A stretch of 32,000 nucleotides of DNA from Nostoc punctiforme PCC 73102 (GCF_000020025.1 NC_010628.1:5340001-5372000), one strand, 5' to 3'; counted from the stretch's first letter, positions 16,940 to 26,145 are shown. Made by a program: numbers and translations. Notes: generated from the sequence alone by a model not told the origin.

Positions 16940-17464
16940 ATGATTGTCCCATTTTACTTAGGAGAGCAACGAGACTCAGAAGGTCGAACAATTGCGGAAA
17001 TATGGACTTGGGATTTTGAAGAATTGGAGTGCGTTCACGATTATATACAGTGGTTGTTTCCTTTGCCTGAGCGAAGTGCATTTAATCCTGATGCTCCCAT
17101 TCTTGACCAGGAAATAATTGAAGTATTTCAAAGCAACCCATATCTACGTCAAAATTTGCTGCGTTCTTTCACAATTATGCTTCAGTTTTATGGGTTGCAA
17201 CGCTACGAGAGTAATGACGGAAAAGTAATTATCAACCAGTCAGAAGAGTATCAGAACCGTAAAAGCGAATGGGTCTGTATATTCAACCATAATTATCTTC
17301 GGATAACCCGGATTTTAAAGTGCTTGATGACTTTAGGATTAGAGAATGAAGCTCAAGCATTTTATGAATGCTTGCAGCAAATTTACCATGAGGATAGTAA
17401 TCATATTGGTTCTGAAACATTCCAGTATTGGACAATTGCAGTCAAACCGAATCAGGCAATGTGA
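16940..17464 (+). CDS. opioid growth factor receptor (OGFr) conserved-region-like protein
   Basis: The 174-aa ORF contains HDYIQWLFPLPERSAFNPDAP, the hallmark motif of the OGFr N-terminal conserved domain as I recall it. ATG 16940 is preferred over TTG 16934. Confidence 0.65.
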   Translation: MIVPFYLGEQRDSEGRTIAEIWTWDFEELECVHDYIQWLFPLPERSAFNPDAPILDQEIIEVFQSNPYLRQNLLRSFTIMLQFYGLQRYESNDGKVIINQSEEYQNRKSEWVCIFNHNYLRITRILKCLMTLGLENEAQAFYECLQQIYHEDSNHIGSETFQYWTIAVKPNQAM

Positions 17465-17544
17465 TAAGGCACTTCTAAATAAAAAATATCCCATCACTGC
17501 GGGACACTATGCGTAGTTTGCTTCCTTAAAGGGGTACGCTTTTA

Positions 17545-17850
17545 GGGCAGGGGGCAGGGCTTACTTTTCACGGCATCTGGAAAACCTCACTTCTATTTCT
17601 CTCTTCCTTTAAGGAGAGAGACTTTGAAATTTCCCCCTTCCCGCGTCGGCAAGGGGGTTAGAGGTTGTTTGAAAAATAGTTGGCTGTGATTTTAGGCACT
17701 TATTGATCACTCTAAATCTCTCTTTTTAATGGGGATTTAGAGGGATCTAAAACGTTTTGCTACCGAGAAGAGGACTTTTCAAACATCCTCTTAGAAGGTT
17801 AGGTTTTTGGTGGACTTTTCCATATAACGTGAAAAGTCAGGGGGCAGGGA
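17545..17850. repeat. nested imperfect palindrome of about 300 bp (MITE-like or structured RNA candidate)
   Basis: Three nested inverted pairs are present. ACTTTTCACG (about 17563-17572) pairs with CGTGAAAAGT (17828-17837). TTAGAGGTTGTTTGAAAA (17658-17675) pairs with CTTTTCAAACATCCTCTTAG (17775-17794). CTCTAAATC (17710-17718) pairs with GATTTAGAG (17734-17742). G-rich GGGGCAGGG motifs sit at both ends in direct orientation. Confidence 0.6.
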
Positions 17851-18049
17851 GAGAGAAAATTGTTTTGATTCGGTGAAATTGGATAATTTATTTCTGGGAA
17901 TTCCTTAATTCCGTTGGATGCTCAGGGGATTGAGATGGTTGCTTGATACTTGGAGTCTAATATAGTTTGAGCTATTTATTTGTAGACGATCGCGTCTACT
18001 ATTTAATTGAATCATTACTTAAGATTTATTAAAAAATATTAAATATCTT

Positions 18050-19045
18050 ATGTCCAAATTACTTAGATACATTAGCATTTTTCTGATTACAGCCTGTTTA
18101 CTATTTGCTTGTCATTCTTCAGCACCAACTGTATTAAAACACCCTCCATTGAAAGTGATGTTTGGATCTTTTGTAGGCGAGTGTCCAGGCATTATTGCAC
18201 AAAAAAAAGGATTCTTCAAAGCTCAAGGGGTAAATGTAGAACAGATAGATATAAAACTAATTAATAAAGGATATATAAAATTGAAACAAGCAAATTTCAA
18301 TGCGGGAAAATATGATGGTATTTCATTATCTTTAGGAAGTTTTATAATTTTGAGTGCCACAAATCCTGATATACAAAGTGTGCTTATTATAGATGAATCA
18401 ACAGGAGCAGATGTGGTAGTTGCCCAATCACAAATTAAAACCGTTGCTGGCTTGAAAGGGAAAAAGCTGGGTACAAATCTAGGCAGTTTTAGTGAAGTTT
18501 TTGTGACCGAGATGTTGAAAACTGCAAATTTAACCAGCGATGATGTGAACTTGGTTAAATTAGAGGCTTCAGAAATTCCTCAATATCTGAAAAATAATGT
18601 TATCCAAGCCGGACACACTTGGCAACCCCATCTTTATGAAGCTATGAAATTAGGGGGAAATATCTTATTTACCAGCAAACAAACCCCTGGCTTGGTTTTA
18701 GATATGATTGTCTTTCGCGGTGATACAATCCGCGATCGCCCCGAAGATATTCGTGCATTTGTACGAGGATGGCTGCAAGCTGCGAACTACTGGAAAGCAA
18801 ATGTTCAAGAAGGAAACGCTATCATTAGCAAAGCGTTAAAAATTCCTAGCAATACACTCTCTCTGGAAGGAGTAAACCTAACTAATCTAGGTGAAAATAA
18901 AAGATTATTTGAATCTAGCAATCCTAACTCAATCTACAAAACTGCCAAGATATATGCAGACTTTTTCATTCGCTCTGGAAACGTGACACGCATTCCTGAG
19001 CTAAAAAGTTTGTTTAATTCTTCCTTTTTGAATTCTGCCTCCTAG
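18050..19045 (+). CDS. periplasmic solute-binding lipoprotein (NMT1/SsuA/TauA-like ABC substrate-binding fold)
   Basis: The 331-aa ORF has a lipobox-like signal (FLITACLLFAC/HSS). The architecture is typical of type II SBPs (GYDGISL, GADVVVAQ, LKGKKLG and the like). No permease or ATPase gene is adjacent. Confidence 0.7.
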   Translation: MSKLLRYISIFLITACLLFACHSSAPTVLKHPPLKVMFGSFVGECPGIIAQKKGFFKAQGVNVEQIDIKLINKGYIKLKQANFNAGKYDGISLSLGSFIILSATNPDIQSVLIIDESTGADVVVAQSQIKTVAGLKGKKLGTNLGSFSEVFVTEMLKTANLTSDDVNLVKLEASEIPQYLKNNVIQAGHTWQPHLYEAMKLGGNILFTSKQTPGLVLDMIVFRGDTIRDRPEDIRAFVRGWLQAANYWKANVQEGNAIISKALKIPSNTLSLEGVNLTNLGENKRLFESSNPNSIYKTAKIYADFFIRSGNVTRIPELKSLFNSSFLNSAS

Positions 19046-19054
19046 TATAAAGCC

Positions 19055-20848
19055 ATGCAGCAATCTTTTTTGGGCAGTATCCGTACAAGATTGATCGCCT
19101 CGTTTCTCATTGTTGCTTTGATTCCATTACTGTTATTGGCATCTATCAACAAACAAACAACTGAAAAAGCACTAACTGACAACGCTCGACAAGCCCTATC
19201 TGCGGCGGCTAAGGAAACTACTAACAGAATAGATGCTTTTATTGATGGAAATCTCAATGCCGTTCGGGTAGAGGCGATTTTACCAGGTTTAGCACGCTAC
19301 CTCAGCCTAACTCCAAAACAGCGAGATGACAGCCCCGAAATCCAATTAGCAACAGAAACATTAATCCGTCTCAGTCGCAAAGATATGCTGAATATTCTCT
19401 CTTATGCTTTGCTCGACTTAAACGGAAAAAATATATTGGATACACATACATCGAATATTGGCGAAGATGAATCAGTTCAAGATTATTTTAAAAACCCACT
19501 GAAAACTGGGTTTTCTTTTGTTTCTAGTATGAAGCGATCGCCAATAATTTCTGACCTTGTTACCCTGTTTTTTAGCAGTCCGGTTCGCAATGCCAAGGGA
19601 GATATAGTGGGTGTATTACGTGTTTCATACAATGCTACTGTTGTTCAGCAGTTAGTAACTAGAGAAACTGAACGGGCTGGGGCTAAATCATTTGCTATTC
19701 TTTTAGATGAAAATAATATTTATCTGGCACATAGCACTGCCTCAGAACTGCTTTTTAAATCAATTGTGCCTCTGCCTGCCGATGTTGTAACTCAACTGCA
19801 ACAAGAAAGACGTTTACCAAATTATCCTGTCAAAGAATTGGCAACTAATGAGTCAAAACTTAAGCAAGCATTGGATAATAAACAGTCGGATTTAATTACA
19901 TCTTTGTCAGCAACAGGTAATCAGGTTAATCTGATTGCGATCGCGCGTTTAAAATATAAGCCTTGGTCTGTGTTGTTCGCACAGCCCCTTACTGTTGCCC
20001 TAGCACCTGTAGAAAAGCAAATTAGTGACGCAATGTTTTTATTTGCAATTATCGCTTCAGTAGTGACAATCATTGCTTTTGCTATTGGGCAAGTGCTAAC
20101 AAAGCCAATAATTTATCTTACCAATATAGTTTTTCAGTTTACCGCAGGTCACTTAGATATCCGCGCCAAAATTAGCTCAAAAGACGAAATAGGTCAACTA
20201 GCTAAATCGTTTAACAATATGGCACTTCAGTTACAAACATCTCTGGAAACTTTGGAACAACGGGTACAAGAGAGAACAGCAGAGTTAGTAATTGCTAAAG
20301 AAAAAGCAGAAGATGCAAATCATAAACTAGAACAACTGGTAAATCTAGATGGTTTGACTCAGGTGGCTAACCGTCGCTGCTTCGATGGACGACTGCAAGA
20401 AGAATGGAAATGCCTTGCACGAGAACAACGACCTCTGTCATTGATTTTATTGGATGTTGATAAATTCAAACTTTACAACGACTACTATGGACATCTTGGA
20501 GGCGATGATTGTCTAATCACGATCGCGCAAACAATGCAACAGGTGGTTCATCGTCCTGCTGATCTAGTAGCGCGTTACGGAGGAGAAGAATTTTCAGTAC
20601 TCCTCCCCAATACTGACTTACTAGGAGCGATCAAAGTAGCACAAAGTATTCAACAAGCAATTTGCGATCGCGCCATTCCCCATACACAATCTGATATTAA
20701 GGATATTGTCACACTTAGTTTAGGTATTACTTCTGTCATACCAACTTGCGACATTAAGCCAGATACAATCATCGCTTCAGCCGATAAAGCCCTGTACAGT
20801 GCTAAAAAAAAGGGGCGCGATCGCTATTGTACTCATTTAGATATATAA
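19055..20848 (+). CDS. membrane sensor diguanylate cyclase (TM, Cache-like periplasmic domain, TM, HAMP, coiled coil, GGDEF)
   Basis: The 597-aa ORF has TM1 (LIASFLIVALIPLLLLASI), a periplasmic region of about 290 aa and TM2 (MFLFAIIASVVTIIAFAIGQVL). The HAMP domain contains DEIGQLAKSFNNMALQL. The active site GGEEF is at nt 20579-20593, and the I-site RPAD lies 5 aa upstream of it. The gene starts 9 nt after the SBP stop. Confidence 0.9.
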   Translation: MQQSFLGSIRTRLIASFLIVALIPLLLLASINKQTTEKALTDNARQALSAAAKETTNRIDAFIDGNLNAVRVEAILPGLARYLSLTPKQRDDSPEIQLATETLIRLSRKDMLNILSYALLDLNGKNILDTHTSNIGEDESVQDYFKNPLKTGFSFVSSMKRSPIISDLVTLFFSSPVRNAKGDIVGVLRVSYNATVVQQLVTRETERAGAKSFAILLDENNIYLAHSTASELLFKSIVPLPADVVTQLQQERRLPNYPVKELATNESKLKQALDNKQSDLITSLSATGNQVNLIAIARLKYKPWSVLFAQPLTVALAPVEKQISDAMFLFAIIASVVTIIAFAIGQVLTKPIIYLTNIVFQFTAGHLDIRAKISSKDEIGQLAKSFNNMALQLQTSLETLEQRVQERTAELVIAKEKAEDANHKLEQLVNLDGLTQVANRRCFDGRLQEEWKCLAREQRPLSLILLDVDKFKLYNDYYGHLGGDDCLITIAQTMQQVVHRPADLVARYGGEEFSVLLPNTDLLGAIKVAQSIQQAICDRAIPHTQSDIKDIVTLSLGITSVIPTCDIKPDTIIASADKALYSAKKKGRDRYCTHLDI

Positions 20849-20899
20849 CGACGTGTGCGACTTTCTCTCAAACCTAAGCGATCGCTTGATGCAACAACT

Positions 20900-21817
20900 T
20901 TATTCTTTTTGATGATGAAACCGAATTCCTAAAAAGATGTCATAAACAAACTCAAAAAAGTCCTTTTTCTGCAACAATCCTGAAGTTTGATAACATCCTT
21001 TCTCATCTAAGAGCGGCTTCATAACATAGTACGCAGGTTGGTAATTATACCAAGGAATAGAAGGCCACAGATGATGAATTAAGTGGTAATTCTGTCCCAT
21101 AATCAGAATATTGAGAACTTGGTTCGGGTAGACACGAGCATTTTTCCAGCGATCGCGTTCTGCAAAGGGACGATGTGGCAAATAGTCGAAAAATAATCCC
21201 AGTGCTATCCCCACTACAAAAGCTGGTATAAACCAAAAATTGAGAATGTAACCCAAAAAGTGGTATTGCACTGATATATAAACAATTACACCGACAATTA
21301 AGCGGCTGATGAACCATTCCAATAGCTCATATTTGCGCCACAGTCGCCGTTGAAAGAAAAACACCTCGTGGTACAAAAACCTTACTGCAATCAGCCATAA
21401 CGGGCCACCCGTAGAGACATAATGATCTGGGTCGTCTTCGGGATGGTTGACATGGCCATGATGCTGTAAATGCACCCGCGTAAATACTGGAAAAGCAAAA
21501 GCTAGCATCAAGGCACTACCATGCCCTAACATCGCATTCATTACCCGGTTACGATGGGCTGATTGGTGACAAGCGTCGTGAATCACCGTCCCAGCACAAT
21601 GCAAAGCAATAGTGTTAACACTAAAACAAAGCCAGTGCGGCCATTCCCACAGCCAATAACCAAAGTTAGATAACACCAGCATTGCTACAGCTACCAAAAA
21701 CAGCAATAGCGTGGGATTAAAATCACCAGGAGGCGCTAAAAATTCCTTTGGCGGGATTGTCAGTGGCTTTTTTGCCTCCGATGCGATCATCTCTAACATT
21801 GACTCCTTTTTAATCAA
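20900..21817 (-). CDS. crtR: membrane fatty-acid-desaturase-family di-iron hydroxylase, probably beta-carotene hydroxylase CrtR
   Basis: The 305-aa ORF has three His boxes (HDACHQSAH, HLQHHGH and HLIHHLWPSIPWYNY) and four hydrophobic segments. The size and box spacing fit cyanobacterial CrtR rather than acyl-lipid desaturases. The specific name is from memory. Confidence 0.65.
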   Translation of the reverse strand: MIKKESMLEMIASEAKKPLTIPPKEFLAPPGDFNPTLLLFLVAVAMLVLSNFGYWLWEWPHWLCFSVNTIALHCAGTVIHDACHQSAHRNRVMNAMLGHGSALMLAFAFPVFTRVHLQHHGHVNHPEDDPDHYVSTGGPLWLIAVRFLYHEVFFFQRRLWRKYELLEWFISRLIVGVIVYISVQYHFLGYILNFWFIPAFVVGIALGLFFDYLPHRPFAERDRWKNARVYPNQVLNILIMGQNYHLIHHLWPSIPWYNYQPAYYVMKPLLDEKGCYQTSGLLQKKDFFEFVYDIFLGIRFHHQKE

Positions 21818-22169
21818 ACATTACGAATATACGATAAATATTAGGGAAGAATAAAGTTTTGTAACCTTTTGTATAGCAATATTTATCCACAGCTATGCAT
21901 ATCAGTAGATGAATAACGCTATGATTCCAGACAAGAACTAATCTTTACTGATAAGTGGGGTATGGCAATTGGCAAAAAGTTGATGGGATAAACTCTTTCG
22001 TTGGGAGGATGGATACAAGATTGATGTACTATATCTAGTCTATCCCACAGCCCTCACTCTCCCATAAAACCTCTCTAACTGCTTATATCTATTGGTATAG
22101 CAGTGACTGAAAAGGAGATGCAACTTAAGTTACGATGACTTCCCAGATAGCTCCCTCACTTCAGCCCCT

Positions 22170-23939
22170 ATGCAATTAAGAGATTCTCTGCGCCGGACAA
22201 AAATTGTCGCTACTATTGGCCCCGCCACTAGTAGTCCTGAAATGCTCAAGGCGATTATTGAAGCGGGAGCCACGACGCTACGGCTAAACTTCTCCCACGG
22301 AACTCATGCCGACCATCAGCGTAGTATTCGCTTAATTCGGCAAACCGCTTTTGAATTAAATCAACCAGTGGCTATTCTCCAAGACTTGCAGGGCCCAAAA
22401 ATTCGCTTGGGGAAGTTTGACAACGGGTCTATAGTTTTGGCAAAAGGCGATCGCTTCACCTTGACAAACCGTCCGGTGGTAGGTACGCAGGAAATTAGCT
22501 GCGTCACCTACGATTATTTAGCCGAAGAAGTCCCAGTTGGTGCAAAAATCCTCCTCGATGATGGACGAGTAGAAATGGTCGTGGAGGAGATTAACCGAGA
22601 CAAAGGTGATTTGCATTGTCGCATTACCGTGCCTGGTAAACTTTCTAACAACAAAGGTGTAAACTTTCCCGGCGTTTACCTGTCAATTAAGGCAATGACC
22701 GACAAAGACCGAGAGGATCTGATGTTTGGTCTAGATCAAGGTGTAGATTGGGTGGCACTTTCCTTTGTCCGCAATCCGCAGGACATGATCGAAATTAAAG
22801 AACTAATTTCTAGTACAGGCAAGCAAGTGCCAGTGGTTGCCAAAATTGAAAAACATGAAGCCATTGAACAAATGGAGGCAGTTCTGGCTTTGTGTGATGG
22901 CGTGATGGTTGCCAGAGGTGATTTAGGCGTAGAATTGCCCGCAGAAGATGTTCCGGTACTCCAAAAGCGGCTAATTGCTACAGCAAATCGCTTAGGGATT
23001 CCCATCATCACCGCCACCCAAATGTTAGACAGCATGGTGAGCAATCCCCGTCCCACTCGCGCGGAAGTGTCAGATGTGGCAAACGCGATTTTAGATGGCA
23101 CAGACGCGGTGATGCTCTCCAATGAAACCGCCGTCGGTAGCTTCCCTGTAGAAGCAGTAGCGACAATGGCGCGGATTGCCGAGCGGATGGAGCAGGAAGA
23201 AGCCCAACACTTAAACTTGCGTTCCGTGAGAGATTCCCGGCGCTCCATTCCTAATGCGATTAGTCAAGCTGTAGGTCAAATTGCCGAACAACTAGGTGCA
23301 GCTGCAATTATGACCTTAACGCAAACTGGGGCAACTGCTCGCAATGTCTCTAAGTTCCGTCCCAATACACCGATTTTGGCTGTTACCCCCCATGTGAATG
23401 TAGCGCGGCAGCTACAAATGGTGTGGGGAGTAAAACCGCTATTGGTGCTAGGATTACCTTCCACTGGTCAGACCTTCCAAGCTGCGATTAATGTGGCTCA
23501 GGAGTTGAAGTTACTGTCGGAGGGAGATTTAGTAGTAATGACTGCTGGCACACTCCAGGGAATTTCCGGCTCCACAGATTTGATTAAGGTTGAGGTGGTG
23601 ACGGCGGTATTAGGTCACGGAATTGGATTAGGACAAGGTTTAGTGAGTGGTCGCGCACGGGTAGCTAATACTGGCATGGATGTTAGTAACTTTAATCCTG
23701 GAGACATATTAGTTGCACCGCGCACTAGTGCCGATTTTGTCGAGGCTATTCGTAAATCTGCGGGGATTATTACGGAAGAGGAAAGTCTCACAAGTCATGC
23801 TGCCGTTATTGGCTTACGTCTCGGCGTGCCAGTGATTGTTGGCGTGAAGCAGGCAACGCAGGTGATTCGCGATGGAGCGATTATAACGCTGGATCTGCAA
23901 CGGGGTTTGATTTACTCTGGGGCAGTGAGAACGCCTTAG
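22170..23939 (+). CDS. pyk: pyruvate kinase with a C-terminal PEP-utilising-enzyme mobile domain
   Basis: The 589-aa ORF shows TKIVATIGPA, RLNFSHG, MVARGDLGVE and ATQML.SM. The C-terminal extension carries TSHAAVIGLRLGVPVIVG, the phosphohistidine swivel-domain motif. Confidence 0.95.
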   Translation: MQLRDSLRRTKIVATIGPATSSPEMLKAIIEAGATTLRLNFSHGTHADHQRSIRLIRQTAFELNQPVAILQDLQGPKIRLGKFDNGSIVLAKGDRFTLTNRPVVGTQEISCVTYDYLAEEVPVGAKILLDDGRVEMVVEEINRDKGDLHCRITVPGKLSNNKGVNFPGVYLSIKAMTDKDREDLMFGLDQGVDWVALSFVRNPQDMIEIKELISSTGKQVPVVAKIEKHEAIEQMEAVLALCDGVMVARGDLGVELPAEDVPVLQKRLIATANRLGIPIITATQMLDSMVSNPRPTRAEVSDVANAILDGTDAVMLSNETAVGSFPVEAVATMARIAERMEQEEAQHLNLRSVRDSRRSIPNAISQAVGQIAEQLGAAAIMTLTQTGATARNVSKFRPNTPILAVTPHVNVARQLQMVWGVKPLLVLGLPSTGQTFQAAINVAQELKLLSEGDLVVMTAGTLQGISGSTDLIKVEVVTAVLGHGIGLGQGLVSGRARVANTGMDVSNFNPGDILVAPRTSADFVEAIRKSAGIITEEESLTSHAAVIGLRLGVPVIVGVKQATQVIRDGAIITLDLQRGLIYSGAVRTP

Positions 23940-23940
23940 A

Positions 23941-24055
23941 AGTGGGGAATGGGGAAGAAGCAGGGGGGCAGGGAGCAGGGGAGCAGGGGAGGCAAAGGAA
24001 ATTAATAACCAATGCCCAATGCCCAATGCCCCATACCCCATGCCCAATCCCTTTA
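23941..24055. repeat. G-rich block plus heptamer repeat (CAATGCC/CAATCCC), the reverse-complement family of the 14205 repeat
   Basis: GGGGAATGGGGAAGAAGCAGGGGGGCAGGGAGCAGGGGAGCAGGGGAGG is followed by an AT-rich loop and then CAATGCC CAATGCC CAATGCC CCATACC CCATGCC CAATCCC (about 24010-24051). It lies between the convergent pyk and M61 stops, a likely bidirectional terminator region. Confidence 0.75.
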
Positions 24056-25837
24056 TCAAACAGTTGCGATCGCAACCCCAAGCCATCCAGCAAAGTTTTG
24101 TTGCTGTGTAGAGTTAGGACGCTCAACAGGTTTTACCTGATATCGAGTGGGATGTGGTGACGCGAGGGTAATGGAATAAGTACGGAGTTCGTCTTGATGA
24201 AAAACTGTGACTTGGATGGTATCGTTTGCTTGGTAATCTTTCAGGCGATCGCTTAAACTACTCGCCGTTACCTTAATCCCGTCAATTGCTAACAACTCAT
24301 CACCTGCATCAATTCCCCCTATTTGTGCAGGTGAATCAGTTTCCACAAACTTAATCATCTCTCGCCCATTCTCTGTATTTATTCTCACACCCAGGTAAGG
24401 TTCTTCCTGCTGTTCAGCTACCAACTGCAAACCAAAGGGTTCTAGATACTGATTGAAAGGTAAATCATCAGTACTATCAATGTAGCGTTTAAAGAAATCA
24501 GTCAAATCGATTCCGGCGACAGATTCTATAACTTCCTGCAACTGTTCTGGAGTATAGCCAATTTCATCTTTCCCAAATTGCTGCCACATTTTCAGCATTA
24601 CGTCATCGAGGGAGCGCTGATTGTCGTGAGTAGAGCGAATCAGTAAATCCAGCAATAACGATACCATTTCTCCTTTTAAATAGTAAGAAATTTGAGAATT
24701 ACCGCTATTTGCATCGGGGCGATAAAGTTTTATCCAGGCATCAAAACTCGACTCGGAAACGGGTTGTACCTTGCGCCCCGGTGTGGTTTCATATCTGGTA
24801 ATTTCTTTGCTCAAATTATTCAAATACGACTTAATATCATAAATTCCTGCCCGCAAAGGAATTAACAAGTCATAGTAACTAGTAGTACCTTCACAAAACC
24901 ATAATGATGGTGTGTAGTTTTCCTGGTCATAATCAAAAACCTCTAATGCTTTTGGGCGAATTCGTTTGACATTCCACAAGTGAAAGAACTCGTGTGCAAC
25001 TAATTGCATAAAGCGATCGTACTTTTCCTGAGTGCGAAATCCAAAACGTTGGTAAATTAACGAGCAAGAGTCCTTATGCTCCAAACCGCCAAAAGCTTGG
25101 CTAAATAAATGTAGCAGAAACACATATCGTTCATAAGGCAAACCGCCGAACATCTGCGCTTCTACCTGAATAATTTTTTGGATATCAGCAATCATGTGCT
25201 GAACTTGGTAATTACCTTTCCCCCAAATTGCCAGTTCATGGGGTTTTCCCAAGACCTCAAATTTATACAATTGATGGCTACCAATTTCAAAGGGAGTATC
25301 CACCAAAGTATCAAAATCGCTCGCCCAGAAAGTATTTGTTTCCTCACCTACGGGAGGTAGAGCAGTTGTTACCTGCCATTCTGGGTATGGTGGTACGATG
25401 GTAACGCGAATGGGTTGCTTATCCCAGCCTGGTAGCCTAAAAAATAGTGCTGCACCATTGAAATAACCGTGGGTAGCATCCAAGTGATTTGTCCGTACCG
25501 ATAACTCATTGGCAAAAATGCGGTAACGTACAGTTAATTCTGAAACACCTGTTTTGTCTACCTGCCAGTGATTTTTGCTGATTTTTCGCCAAGGTAAAGG
25601 TTTATCCTCTGCAAAAACCACAAAATCTTGTAAGTTCTTGGCATATTCTCGAACTAAGTAGGAACCAGGTGTCCATACCGGCAATTTTAAATCGAGAATT
25701 GGCGAGGTGTAATCGACAATGCGTAAAGTCACCTCAAACAGATGGGTTTCTGGTTGAGACATTGCTACTAAGTAATGAATCGTCGGGCCGGTTTCCTGGA
25801 TATATGCGTTGGGACGAGTTGCTGTTGCTTCAGTCAT
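24056..25837 (-). CDS. M61-family metallopeptidase (glycyl aminopeptidase-like) with a C-terminal PDZ domain
   Basis: The 593-aa ORF has the zinc motif HEFFHLWNVKRIRP with a downstream E (WFCEGTTSYY). The C-terminal region is PDZ-like (GGIDAGDELLAIDGIKV). Confidence 0.85.
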   Translation of the reverse strand: MTEATATRPNAYIQETGPTIHYLVAMSQPETHLFEVTLRIVDYTSPILDLKLPVWTPGSYLVREYAKNLQDFVVFAEDKPLPWRKISKNHWQVDKTGVSELTVRYRIFANELSVRTNHLDATHGYFNGAALFFRLPGWDKQPIRVTIVPPYPEWQVTTALPPVGEETNTFWASDFDTLVDTPFEIGSHQLYKFEVLGKPHELAIWGKGNYQVQHMIADIQKIIQVEAQMFGGLPYERYVFLLHLFSQAFGGLEHKDSCSLIYQRFGFRTQEKYDRFMQLVAHEFFHLWNVKRIRPKALEVFDYDQENYTPSLWFCEGTTSYYDLLIPLRAGIYDIKSYLNNLSKEITRYETTPGRKVQPVSESSFDAWIKLYRPDANSGNSQISYYLKGEMVSLLLDLLIRSTHDNQRSLDDVMLKMWQQFGKDEIGYTPEQLQEVIESVAGIDLTDFFKRYIDSTDDLPFNQYLEPFGLQLVAEQQEEPYLGVRINTENGREMIKFVETDSPAQIGGIDAGDELLAIDGIKVTASSLSDRLKDYQANDTIQVTVFHQDELRTYSITLASPHPTRYQVKPVERPNSTQQQNFAGWLGVAIATV

Positions 25838-25939
25838 CTTGGTGCTGAGTTAATCATCGATAGGTAATTTCTCTCATGATGACAAATTTGCATGTTAAGT
25901 TTCGCGTTTTATTGGGTGCGGTAGTCAAAACCTAGTTGA

Positions 25940-26017
25940 TTTCCCACTTTGCAATCGATCGCCTGCTGCAAAAGCGATCTTTGCAACTTCCAAAATATTT
26001 GTATTAATTTTCACACA
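25940..26017 (-). pseudogene. decayed 5' fragment (upstream region plus the first ~13 codons) of a Ser/Thr kinase paralog
   Basis: 78 nt align without gaps to 30887-30964, the start region of kinase 2, at about 83% identity by eye. The ATG equivalent is mutated (CAT to GAT at 25976-25978). The remnant reads IAFAAGDRLQSGK where the intact gene reads MAWVAGDQLQGGK, and a stop follows within 5 codons. Confidence 0.7.
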
Positions 26018-26145
26018 GTTCAGGTAAGGCTAAGACTCTTTATTAAAGTCAAATTTTTAACGTAGACGCAAAGCGGCTTGCCGCAGGCTACCGCAGACGC
26101 GCAGAGGAAACAGAGAGAAGAAAAAATGCTTAACTCAAGCGTATT

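Noticed and set aside
16878-19257. Minus-strand ORFs 16878-17081 and 19042-19257.
   Set aside because: They overlap the 5' ends of the OGFr-like and diguanylate cyclase genes respectively, are short, and have no motifs. They are probably spurious.
22736-24160. ORFs antisense to pyruvate kinase (22736-23248 and 23276-23464), and three ORFs spanning the G-rich/heptamer repeat between pyk and the M61 gene (23814-24086, 23881-24126 and 23942-24160).
   Set aside because: The first two are antisense to a confidently identified gene. The other three are composed largely of repeat-derived low-complexity sequence (GEQGAGEQG and PAPLLLP) and overlap the ends of real genes.
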